64,000 nt of DNA from Lobosporangium transversale (Eukaryota). Every line of letters starts with the position of its first letter. The stretch's first letter is position 1. Of the stretch, positions 50,514-62,017 are shown in pieces. The position numbers and the translations under genes were made by a program. Where the stretch lies: the NCBI RefSeq assembly GCF_002105155.1, contig NW_019028993.1, positions 186,001-250,000 on the forward strand, in the 5' to 3' direction. The notes under the pieces were generated by a model, which made no database searches, had not been told where the DNA came from, and saw only the letters and a program-made list of their open reading frames with translations.

Positions 50514-50587
50514 ATGATGGGAGGCATGTCTACTAGAGAAACTGCTGCTAGTGTTGGTATATCAATAGCGACGGCCACCAGGATCTA

Positions 50588-52219
50588 CACTATCATGCAA
50601 AACTGATTCAATAATTCATTCCCATGTGCATTTCTTTTTTTCATTCCTAGAAACCGTATATGCATACACCACTCATACTTTGGTTTAATAAAACTCCCGT
50701 CTTCTTCTACGACATAGTGATGCGTTGTGACATTAGCTTGTCTCATTTGAATAGCTAATGACTTTTTTGTTCATGCAGGTCATTGAATCAGTTTCACATG
50801 TGCCCATTCGGTGGCCAAAGATCTTTATTCTTTTGTGAGCCATAACCTTACATCAATAGATAGTATTCCAACCATGGGCATCACTGACAGCTTGGAGTCT
50901 CTTATGGATACCTATGATGAGTTTGCGGCAGAAGCCCACTGGGATCCTGTACCATTCAACCGATACTCGCTCCCATAGTTCATCACAGCTCTTAGCTCGC
51001 TCCGGATACCTAGAGAGCCGCCTATCCAATTCTGCCCACATGTGTTCAATAGGGTTGAGGTCAGGGGATTGTGCTGGCCACTCTAGAAGTGTACCTTCCT
51101 CTTCTGTCAGATGTACTGACTCCAAATACTTCCTAACAATCTTCGCCGTGTGCTTCGAGTCATTGTCGTGCTGAAAGACGATATCGCTTTTAGTTAGGCC
51201 CCAGTCATCAAGCGACATCTGTAGATCCTCCTGCAGTAGTTTGATGTAAAGTTGTGCGTCCATATTATTGTCAATCTTTGCAATGTATCCAGGTCCGTAC
51301 CATGAGAAGCATGACCACACTTTAACATTACCACCCTCAAACTTGACAGTGCCTTGCACCGACCTGCGAGTGAGGCGTCCCGGATTGTCGTCCCAGATCC
51401 ACTGCACGCCATCAGAGCAGATTCGGTTTATTTTCGATTCATCTGACCAAATAACCTTTTTCCAATCTTCCAGAGTCCATTCCTTATACTTGTTGAGAAA
51501 ATGCAAACGGGCTTTAATATGCCGTCGACGTAAAGCTGGCTTATGTACACGCCTCTTTGCTGTCAATCCTAACTCCTTGAGCCGTCGTCTAACGGTGGTC
51601 TCAGAAACAGCCGCTGGTATGAGCTGGTTGGCTCTGACAGTGGCCTCAACTGCAGACTTGAGTGTACCTCGTTTCATGTTCACCTTAAGATACTGCATGA
51701 TACCTCTGGGTACTTTCCTTGGTCGACCGCCTTTATTGACTGGCATGTACTCCTTATTATGTGCATAGATCCTGGTGGCCGTCGCTATTGATATACCAAC
51801 ACTAGCAGCAGTTTCTCTAGTAGACATGCCTCCCATCATTAACCTCCTGGCTTCGTTGACTTTCCTTTGTGGAGTGGGTCTCATATTCTGTGAAGGTATA
51901 GTTAAGAGAGAGTTAAGCAAGTGTTCATAAAGGAAAGAGAGAAAAGTCCTTTTTTTACTGGCATTAAATGACGTCCAAAAGTTGTCATGGGCAACATTTT
52001 AGACCACATGTGAAACTGATTCAATTACCTGCATGAACAAAAAAGTCATTAGCTATTCAAATGAGACAAGCTAATGTCACAACGCATCACTATGTCGTAG
52101 AAGAAGACGGGAGTTTTATTAAACCAAAGTATGAGTGGTGTATGCATATACGGTTTCTAGGAATGAAAAAAAGAAATGCACATGGGAATGAATTATTGAA
52201 TCAGTTTTGCATGATAGTG
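50588..52219 (-). mobile_element. Tc1/mariner family C, full length (1632 bp), 215-bp TIRs
   Basis: TIRs 50588-50802 and 52005-52219 (1 mismatch); TA TSD at 50586-87 and 52220-21. Confidence 0.96.
50853..51884 (-). CDS. Tc1-like transposase with DD39E spacing (start MRPTPQRK)
   Basis: WSDESK; QHDNDSKH followed by 39 residues to NPIE; open frame. Confidence 0.9.
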   Translation of the reverse strand: MRPTPQRKVNEARRLMMGGMSTRETAASVGISIATATRIYAHNKEYMPVNKGGRPRKVPRGIMQYLKVNMKRGTLKSAVEATVRANQLIPAAVSETTVRRRLKELGLTAKRRVHKPALRRRHIKARLHFLNKYKEWTLEDWKKVIWSDESKINRICSDGVQWIWDDNPGRLTRRSVQGTVKFEGGNVKVWSCFSWYGPGYIAKIDNNMDAQLYIKLLQEDLQMSLDDWGLTKSDIVFQHDNDSKHTAKIVRKYLESVHLTEEEGTLLEWPAQSPDLNPIEHMWAELDRRLSRYPERAKSCDELWERVSVEWYRIPVGFCRKLIIGIHKRLQAVSDAHGWNTIY

Positions 52220-52804
52220 TATGCACATAATAAGGAGTACATGCCAGTCAATAAAGGCGGTCGACCAAGGAAAGTACCTAGAGGTATCATGCAGTATCTT
52301 AAGGTGAACATGAAACGAGGTACACTCAAGTCTGCAGTTGAGGCCACTGTCAGAGCCAACCAGCTCATACCAGCGGCTGTTTCTGAGACCACCGTTAGAC
52401 GACGGCTCAAGGAGTTAGGATTGACAGCAAAGAGGCGTGTACATAAGCCAGCTTTACGTCGACGGCATATTAAAGCCCGTTTGCATTTTCTCAACAAGTA
52501 TAAGGAATGGACTCTGGAAGATTGGAAAAAGGTTATTTGGTCAGATGAATCGAAAATAAACCGAATCTGCTCTGATGGCGTGCAGTGGATCTGGGACGAC
52601 AATCCGGGACGCCTCACTCGCAGGTCGGTGCAAGGCACTGTCAAGTTTGGGGGTGGTAACGTTAAAGTGTGGTCATGCTTCTCATGGTACGGACCTGGAT
52701 ACATTGCAAAGATTGACAATAATATGGACGCACAACTTTACATCAAACTACTGCAGGAGGATCTACAGATGTCGCTTGATGACTGGGGCCTAACTATATA
52801 CATT

Positions 52805-52897
52805 CAGTGCTCCTATTCGAACTGAAATTTTGTCAATTATGATGTTTCAAAAAAATAAATATCAATTGACAAAATTTCAGTTCGAATAGGAGCACTG
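52805..52897. mobile_element. 93-bp hAT-type micro-MITE
   Basis: Perfect 34-bp TIR CAGTGCTCCTATTCGAACTGAAATTTTGTCAATT; 8-bp TSD TATACATT/GATACATT (7 of 8 match). Confidence 0.88.
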
Positions 52898-53192
52898 GAT
52901 ACATTCGATGCGCTTAAAAAATCGGTTTCGATGCATTCGGTAAATCGGCTTCGATACATTCGGTAAACGGTTTCGATACATTCGGTAAACGGTTTCGATA
53001 CATTCGATGCATTCGATATAATCATACGACCCATGCTACATATTAAGGGTATCATTCAACACATTCGATTCATTCGATTCGATACAGGAATGGAGCATTC
53101 AATTTCGGTACAAACTTACCCTGAGCCGAAACCGAATCGAATGCATTCAATCCCATTCAATTTCGGTTGTATCGAATCGATTAAGAGCACTG
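52898..53192. mobile_element. End fragment of a related hAT-like element
   Basis: Tandem TTCGATACATTCGGTAAACGGT units; terminus TTAAGAGCACTG. Confidence 0.6.
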
Positions 53193-53840
53193 CCCCTTTA
53201 TTCAGAATTGTTACCCCCCCGTCATCCACATTTAATTGTTTAAATCCTCACCCCCCCTCAACATTTTAATCTGTTTTTTTTTTTTTTTTTGCCTCTCACT
53301 CCAAATCAAGTAATCAGATAAAGCTTTGTAACGCTGCCGTTTGCTAGTTAAATACCCATCAAATACAAGAAGTATATTAAGCAATAGATGTATAATTGGC
53401 AAAGACCTCTCTAAAAGCAAGACCAGTATAATAACGGGACCTAAATCATCATCCATGTAGCCATGTGACTTTTTCTGAAAAAAAAAAAAAAAAAAATTCA
53501 TTTCCACGATCATGTCTTCATTCTAATAGTGTGAGTGATGAACCTCTCTAAAAGAAAGAGATGTAGACCCCGCAGAATAATCATCTGTAAAAAAAAAAAA
53601 AAAAAAAAAAAAAGAGCCCTAAATGTTGGCGGGGGCGTGAGAATTTGCAGCAATAAAAATGTTGACGGGGGGGTCAAAATTATATTTTTTGGGAATCTTG
53701 ACGGGGGGGTAACGGAATTCTGACTGGGGGACGGGGCTTAGAATTCCGAATAGAGGGGGTGTTCGCGGGGGTGTTTTAGAAATTTTCAACCGGGGGTCAA
53801 AATTCAACTTGACGGGGGGGGGTGCATTTTTCCTTTATTC
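53193..53840. mobile_element. Second copy of the C/G-run TIR element family seen at 1580-2424
   Basis: Ends GGTGCATTTTTCCTTTATTC, the reverse complement of 1580-1599; TTGACGGGGG subterminal repeats; left end truncated. Confidence 0.6.
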
Positions 53841-55288
53841 TTGCCGCTTTGCAGACAGGGTGGCACCGAGCCTAGTTGAGTTATCTACCAGCCCCTCCAG
53901 TAAGTAGCATCCAAATTTGGAAACATTTTGATAAAGATGCACTTACGGAGAGGGCTGGGAACGAGCCTACTTCGTCCTCAGGCTGGTGACGAGCCTACTT
54001 CGTCCTCAGGCTGGTGACGAGCCTAACCTAATCCATCGCTTTTTTTTAATACACTCTACTTAGATCCTTAATTTTATTCTTTCTAAACAATGGATGTCCT
54101 CTAGTTCTGTCAGAGTGCTGTGTTCCTGTTCCCTTCCCATCCCTAGGAATCAGGCCAGGACCAACTGTCCGAGGGCACTATTGATTCAGCAATGACAAAA
54201 GAAAAAAGAAAAAAAGAAATGGCAAACGAGAGAAAGAAGGGAAAGAAAAGAAGAGGCCTTCGAGAGAGAATAGTTTTGTATTTTTTCTCGAGCGTGATTA
54301 TGGGAAACAGGAATGTATCTCCTAAATCCTGGTTATAATTGCCATTGACTGACATAACCAGGAGTTTAACTAATAATCCATTTTATACATTTAATATTCT
54401 GCCTCATTGTTCATGCCTTTCATTTCTGGCACATGTGTCTGTGCCATTTGCATTCGCCCTATGATGTTTTTTATTATATCGGGTCAGCGATGAAAACCAA
54501 CATGCAAATACAATGGGTCAAGCTGTCTTTATTAAGTTGATCCTTTATTGTGCTCCTGACGACCAAGAAGGAGTGATGTGTAGCCTTTAAGTACCATGGA
54601 CATATCGGCCTTTTGCTTTGCTTGCTCTTAGTGTTCTGGAGGAAGAAAATGAGGCACTGTGGCGAACAAGCTCTGGCCTCTTGTCGATCTATTTTGAAAC
54701 ACCTCATTATCATCATTTTCAATGCCATTGACATCATTAGTTTCTTCTCTCCTCCTCCTCCGTCGTCCTCATCTCCAGAACTGGTGTAGCATGGCTATTT
54801 AAATGTATCTAACCCTTCTCTACCCATACTCGTGAAGAGGTTTTCCTCATTCTTTTCCATGGTAATGGGGTGCCTTCGCGTTGAGGATACTAAAGACAAT
54901 GATAGCGCGTAGGATTCCTTATTCGAAATTATGGATTGTGATCATCTAGACTCTAGCAACAACAACATTACCATCAACCCAGGATGAATATCATGATACC
55001 CGAGCAGAAGAACAGCATGCGCATGCACAGTCAACTACAATATCGCCATCCCGGCCCAGTACGCGTCCATATCTGAAATTGGATACCCTACAATTGTTCA
55101 GACGCAATGTGCCACCAATAGAGATTTAGTAAAATAAAATATAACCTTATTTTGTTGCTTTGTATAAATAAGCTGTTGGGCGATCTGGAGGTTTGTTGAC
55201 TTCAAGAGAGAGGAGAAAGAGAGCCCACAACATCATTGGGTGTGTGCATTGGCGTGGACAAACGCTTTCTTTCTCTTTTCTCTTTTCT

Positions 55289-55329
<41 letters not shown>

Positions 55330-55426
55330 TCTTCAGTCTTCCTTTTTCTTTTTTAATTCCTCACCCACCACTACTTTCCTTAAGTTTGTGTCTTCGTCAC
55401 CACACTATTCAAGCCGTTGCTTCGCT

Positions 55427-55462
<36 letters not shown>

Positions 55463-55499
55463 AATACGCATTTTTTAGATCTTTAGTTTATTCTACATT

Positions 55500-57408
55500 A
55501 TGGGTATCCTCAGCCCCATATGCTTCTCCTCAAACCAACATCATCTATATGGAATTGCTGTGGAAACAGACATGGAGGATTTGAGCCCGCGTGTTATTCT
55601 GATAAAGTCAAATCCAGACCCAAAATCCGCTGCAGACGTTGCATGGACCGTACTCTCATCCATCAAAGCAGCCGTACTTTATGATTTATCGAAAAGAGTT
55701 GGCAGTCGCATGTGCTATGTGGATGAAAAGGTGTGTGCATGTGTGCATTCATATTTTCGCAAAAAAAAAAAGACTGCAGTTAACAATCAGCTAAGGATGT
55801 CGCCATACTTCCCCATCACCGCCTTCTTCCTCTTCGTCTGATGTTAGGAAGTGTTCACATACATTTGTACGGGCGTTGAGAAGACACCTGATGTCTTCAG
55901 TTCTGCAGGAGTCCAATTCAGCCCTCTCTACTCTGTTACAGAGGAGGGTCAGAATACTGGCATCGGTGGATGGAAGAATGTGGATGTGATGCCTCCTTAT
56001 CCTTGGACCGCCGAGGGACTTAAAGCTACGGTCCTCTTCCATATGACGGATGCTTCACAAAACAATGTGCTAATTCATTCCTGGATCGACTCTAATAGTG
56101 TGCTTCATTTTGGTGTGCTGGACAATATATCGTTACAGTTCAATAAGGGGCCAGATTGGATGTTTGTAAGTGCAAAGTCTGCCTTCTCATTCTATTCATC
56201 AATATAAATATAATTCAATTAGTTGACCTATTTTTATTTAGCCATCGTTCTTGCCCACTTTAGTGAGGTTTCACAAAAATACCCTTTACATTATCTCAGA
56301 TAACCCGGGATTCCGAAATAATACTGTTAGTATAATCACTATCCCACTCAACAGTCCAACCATTGCTCCTCAACCTCCTACCGATCTCCAATTCCTCGGA
56401 CCAAAGGTGTTCACCAAGTTCACTGAAGCCAGCCCCGAGTTGGATTCTGCGATTTTTTTTAATGCAGGTTTCTTTGATGATACATACTATATTACATACT
56501 CTGCTCAAATTGTAAATCGCCGGCAAGAAGCAGTATTCTTTTTATGCAGGATGAACTTCATTTAATGTGAGGATCGGCCCTTTACTAATTTCTGTTTTTC
56601 TATTGACTAGAACAACATCACACGGGTTCAGCAAAACCAATTGTTTACTATGAATATTGCTAATTTCTCGACTGCCAGAGATATACCAATTGGCTCAGTT
56701 TATCCAAGGTTTGGCGTGAAAGCGATTCATTCTACAGTGTTTGGAGAACGGAACATGAATCCAGCATATATTTACACAGAAGCTATCGATCAATCGAACG
56801 TGAGTTCGATCCACCAGTTCACCCTGAGTGGTCCACATGCTGGTCAGTGGTCCAATGTTAGCTATCCTATCAGTGTCACAGAGCCCTTTGGCGAGGAAAG
56901 GGGGTCTTCACCCGATATTCACCGCACGGTCCGCCCCTCCGGACGACTTCATTCGACTGCGCCTGACTGGGGAATGATTTTAGGAACTGTTTTGATCTTG
57001 TTGGCGATGGTTGGAGCATTTGGGCATTTGCTCTACGTACGACACTCAGAGAGGAAAGCGGCAAAGAATGATGCCGCTATTGCTGCAGCGCAACAGCCTT
57101 TGCTGAAGGAGGAGTCGAATAGCAGTGGCGGTGAATATGGTGATCCAAAGATTCTTCTTCAACCTGGGCCTCAGCTCATTGAATCACAATCACGGTCGAA
57201 TCAGTCATATCAACCCGGAGCAATGAATACGGTCATCCGTCATCCTGAACAACAAAACCTTTTGTCTCCCTCACAAAGTCATGTCGTATCGCCCTCGCCA
57301 GGGATTGGTTACACAGGTGCTCAAGCCCAAGCCCAAATTGATCGAAATTTAGGCTCATCGGAGGAAAGGCGTGCACCACCCATTCCATCTCATTCGCATC
57401 CTTCCTAA
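55500..57408 (+). CDS. Single-pass membrane protein, paralog B (~538 aa); exons 55500-55730, 55848-56165, 56242-56511, 56611-57408
   Basis: Phase-0 GT-AG introns join four ORFs. MGILSPIC...LIKSNPDP...WKNVDV; TM WGMILGTVLILLAMVGAFGHLLYV; tail PPIPSHSHP. Confidence 0.8.
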
Positions 57409-57804
57409 AAAATAAAAGTAAAATCGACCTTCTAATTAATTTTTTGCAGACACCACAATTAATGTTACAATATGGCTTTGTTGGGAAATTTAGCTAGACA
57501 TTGAACGATAGTCGAAGCAAATGGTTTGGTCGACTTGTTTGCATCTATTGTGCGTGTGTTTTAAAACACTCTAAAATAGGAAACCTGATTAATCGTACTG
57601 TGGCACAAAGGGCTACAGTACATGTACACTAAAAACTGAAGTACAGATGGACGCTTTTTTTCTTCTTTTTTTCCCACTTGGCTGCATATTTGTTTACAGG
57701 TCTATTTCCCTCCATGCCCTCATGCCTTCATGTTCCCTCCAATTAAAAAAAAAACCATGGAATAGATGTATGCTAATTTGAGCTTACGTTAACGCCCTTT
57801 GTTG

Positions 57805-57837
<33 letters not shown>

Positions 57838-57903
57838 CCTCCCCCCCTACTTCTCTTCTAGTCCTTGTGCTCTGTCTTATCTTGTCCTTTGTCTTTTTCA
57901 TTT

Positions 57904-57936
<33 letters not shown>

Positions 57937-57949
57937 TATAGGCACAATC

Positions 57950-58545
57950 ATGGGATACGTTCCACCATACTGCCTCTGTTCGGACAACGTCCGTCTCTAC
58001 GGACTATCATATCATTTTGACACCGTTACCGGAAAGATCTTCTACGTCCTTATTAAAAGTAATGACAATCCGTCCTTTGATCTGAAAACCCTTAGCTGGA
58101 GCCTCATTAGTGTCGTTCCTACGGTAGGGCTCGCAACCCTAGATGATGCGGAGATATCTCCAACCAATTATAACTGTGCTATTGATGATACCGGTGTGTT
58201 CTCGTTTATCCTTCGTTTCAAAAACACCAGGGCAAGTGGTGGCGCTCAGTATCATGGAATGCAATATATACCCTCGCCCACAGGCACAGCAGGATCAGGG
58301 ACATGGAGAAACATCACAGTGCCACAAGAATATCCCTTTCAAGGACATGGGACGTTGTTTAATTTTAAGGACTCGCAAGGGAAAAACAACTTGATGCATA
58401 ATTTTTCCTCTTCCAAGAATATGAACCTTCTGGTGGCTGCAATGGATCCTTCAACCTTGACCATGAATCTAGGGCCACCATGGAATATTGTAAGTTGATT
58501 TCCTTTTCCATATTAGAATCTATTGATGTTCTTTTACTGAATCGG

Positions 58546-58579
<34 letters not shown>

Positions 58580-58948
58580 CTCTAATCTTTCTGTAGACAA
58601 ACAGCCCATATGCAAACACAAAGACTGCGACTTTTATGAACAACAGACTCTATGCGTTAGGTAATGACCATACTAAGATAGGTCGAGAGTCTGGAGCGCT
58701 GTTTGTATTCCCCATCTCCAGCGCGTCAACAACCCCTCCACCAGCTTTGCCACAAGCCTTCAATGCCACGATAGTCGATAATGCCTGCGATAATGGAGCG
58801 CTTTTCATGTTCAATGCGGGTACAGAAATAGTCGCCCTTTGTTCAGTAAGCAGTGTAGTGCATGGTATTTTCTTCATTTACATTCTAAAAAGCTATCGGA
58901 GAGACTTTATTGAAACTAACTTGTTGTATTTTATGGCGTCTTTCTTTT

Positions 58949-58979
<31 letters not shown>

Positions 58980-59830
58980 TTTTTTTTTTTTTTTTTTCTT
59001 TCCCTTATGGTCTTCAGCCAGGACCTACTACTCTGATCTTCAGCTTTAATGGACAGGAATTTATTCAACACCCCCCTGTAGTAACAGATTACGATTTTAG
59101 ATACTCTGGTACTTTGACCGCATTCCCTGGTAATCCTACACCTTTCCTGTTCATCTCAGACATAGGAGGAACCTATAGTATCCCCTTGAAAGGGACCTAT
59201 AGCAGCGTCATGCTTCCAGGTAAAGTCGTCTCGATCCTTGAAGACTATGGCTTCAAGGACGACCCAAGTGGAACTAATGTTCCAACAGTTACAGCCTCGA
59301 ACCTGCCTGCAGCCGCTAACAATAGTCCCGGACCCAACACAGGAACGGAGGAAGAGCACATGAAAGCCAATCAAGCACTCATTATTGTCATGGTGATCGG
59401 AGCAGCCGTGACGGTGGCCCTGATTTTGTTCACTCTGCGACAGCGTCGGCATAAAGTCTGGAGAAGGGTCACCGATAAAGACATGGCAGCAGCAAAAGCA
59501 GCTCTAGGGGAAAAAAGAAGAAAAGAAGCCAGTGGTAAGGCACAACATTACAAGATCGATGTCGGTACAAAGCCTTTAAATCCTGAAGTCAAAGCAAACT
59601 ATGGCAACCATCCACTTTCTACTACTGCCGCTACCACCAACCATGATCATATACGTCGTCCGTCAGTGAGTCCAGGCTGGGCATGGAGGCCAGTAGAATT
59701 GACGCCAATGGACAATCCCATGTCCAGTAGGACTCACCTTACCTCGCCATCCCCATCCTCATCTACTGCAGATAATGGGTCAACACCGCCTATTCCTAGA
59801 CATAGTAAACCAAATCCATTATTGATCTAA
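57950..59830 (+). CDS. Single-pass membrane protein, paralog C (~533 aa); exons 57950-58489, 58597-58845, 59018-59830
   Basis: MGYVPPYC...LIKSNDNP...CAIDDTGVF...GMQY...GTWRNITV; TM ALIIVMVIGAAVTVALILFTL; tail PPIPRHSKP. Confidence 0.82.
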
Positions 59831-60649
59831 AATATACGCTAATTTTTAATATCCCTGACAAGAAGATGGTTGGATATCTTGAGGGGCAAAAGAGGACTAT
59901 TTTGCACTTGAGAAGGGTAGTCTTTCTGCTGTAGCAGCCATTGTCATTCAATGTAAAAAAAAAATAAAAAAATAAAAAAAAAATAAAAAAAAAGACTGAA
60001 GCGCTCCAGATTGTACTGTACGAGAGACCTAATGTCCGCGTTGACAAAGTCTGCTCGACTATTCTGAAATAAGGCTAAACAGGCCGAACTCTGGAAAAGA
60101 ATCCAGTCATATCCATTTATAAAAGTCTTTCATTTGCTGCCCTCTCTGAATTCTAAGAAAGTGCATATATACAGTTTTATCATGCGCTTAGTAGTCTGTC
60201 CTCTTGAACAATACGCAATTCGGTCTCTTATAAAAAAAGAAAAGTCTACTCACAATGCACTGCTATGGGTACAATGGGGATCTTCTTACTCGCTCATTGG
60301 TGGTGGGTAGAGTGTCCTTTTTTTTTTTTATTAGAGAGCGAATCACAAGTCTATCCACTAGATGGATATTTCACCGAAGGCCATAGTCCCGAGATGGAAC
60401 AATGAAATGGATCCACAATTTTGAATAGGATAACTCTCGTAATTATGAATGAATGGGCACTTGAGTGAATCAACAATCTCTCTTGGAGTGAACAGTTCAG
60501 TTTTTGTATCATCATTTTCATTATTTCATATGGATATCAAAATCTCAGAGATATTTTTAGCAAAAAGTATTTAAAGTAGTAGATCATTTTACTATTTATT
60601 GTATCAGACAATGTTCAAGCAGGCTCCTAGCTCAGTCTGTGTCTTTCGG

Positions 60650-60952
60650 TCAAAATATAATTGACTTGTACTCTTTGGTACCCCTTGCTTTAAAATCCTC
60701 TAGATCTTCAAATCGTTTCCTTTTCCGTTGATTGACGATCGTTCGAGTAATAGATCCTTCAACCCCTGGAATAGGCCTGATATGATACTCAGGTGCTAAA
60801 TTTACAAACAATCGAGAAGACATCTTACCAGAGATTTGAGCAAAGCCAGAAAAAGTCTTGAGATGGTCGATAGTCTTCTGGGGATTGATGTCCACAGGGA
60901 ATGCGACAGACTCTCTATCGAGAATGCAAAAGAGTGAAATTTCCTCTGAGAT
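60650..60952 (-). pseudogene. CRN gene 4 remnant: partial header joined to a helix-hairpin-helix-like segment
   Basis: ISLFCILDRESVAFPVDINPQKTIDHLK then IPGVEGSITRTIVNQRKRKRFEDLEDF. The expected ATG reads ATC. Confidence 0.6.
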
Positions 60953-61984
60953 TTGGTGTAATTGAGTGCTGAATAGAATTGATTTGAGAGTAATAAAGAG
61001 TGTGATTGATCGAGAAGTCGATGTTACTGTAAAGAAGACAGGATGGAAAGGAAGTGAAGGAAAGAAAGATGGAAAAAAAAAAAAAAAAAAAAAAAAAGTG
61101 TGGCAAAAGAAGGACAATCAAATTTATGTATACACATGTATGGGGCTTAAAGTGAAGTCATATTTTGTGTCATGTGCACCAGGTTTTTATTTTGAACCCC
61201 TGGCAAACAGCCCGTAGGCGACATACAAAAAGGCTTCATCAACCAGGATGGGGATTTACACTTTTGTTAATGAAGTCAATATAGGTAGCTACCGAGGTTT
61301 TTTGGGCAGTACATCCTGAGGAAAAAGAGCAAGAAAAAGGATTGAATATAGTGCTTCTCTCCATGTTGACCAAACTTTCTTTCAGATGTGTGTAGTTGAA
61401 ATAATGGTTATGGAATAAATAAAGGGCCAAACCACGTGGCAAAAATGGAGATGGGAACATTTAAAGAGTATGACATGCATACATGCATGCATCTGTGCAT
61501 CCGAAAACTCGGCTAAAAGATCTACATGTACATATCTTTCTATACTACACATTGATGAATAGTTTATATTCGAGGGTTCACTCCAACAGCTGAACTGATT
61601 ATAATTACATTATTTTCCGCCTCATGAAGCAGAGAGTCGGGTATAAAAGACCTTCCAGGAGACAATTAATCGATCATATGGTTTGATTTTGATTTTGATT
61701 TTGATTTTGATTTTGATTTTTTTTTCTCTTGTATGACTCTCCACTCATCCTTTAATATGCAGTAATAAAAAATAGAAGATATAAAAAAGAAAAAAGAAAA
61801 AAGATACATATAAAGAATAAAAAGAGGTCTAATTAAGGACTAGGGAAACACTTTGACATGTCCGAAATGCAAAAATGGGAAAGAGTTGTCCTGACAATGG
61901 AGTATGGAGTATGGAGAATGGAGTATGGAGTATGAAGAATGGAGTCAATGAGGATGGATGCTGTGTTTCGTTTGGATACCGGTA

Positions 61985-62009
<25 letters not shown>

Positions 62010-62017
<8 letters not shown>

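Larger units (their letters stand above)
50514..52795 (+). pseudogene. Tc1 family C transposase host copy, split by an antisense copy of itself
   Basis: MMGGMSTRETAASVGISIATATRI (50514-50587) resumes as YAHNKEY...DDWGLT (52220-52795). Both ends truncated. Confidence 0.9.

Noticed and set aside
52061..52825. 254-aa transposase with a novel N-terminus
   Set aside because: The N-terminus is TIR sequence fortuitously in frame with the broken host copy, and the second Asp and the Glu are missing.
50003..53192. CRISPR-like appearance of TTCGAA and TTCGATACATTCGGTAAACGGT repeats (also 44450-44600)
   Set aside because: No unique equal-length spacers and no cas genes; the repeats lie inside CAGTGCTC termini, as expected for hAT subterminal repeats.
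13870..53840. Starship-like giant element captained by the tyrosine recombinase
   Set aside because: The recombinase is Crypton-type, inactivated and points out of the island; I found no matching boundary repeat at the far end.
53961..54025. 28-bp unit repeated about 2.3 times
   Set aside because: Simple local tandem duplication without spacers or coding context.
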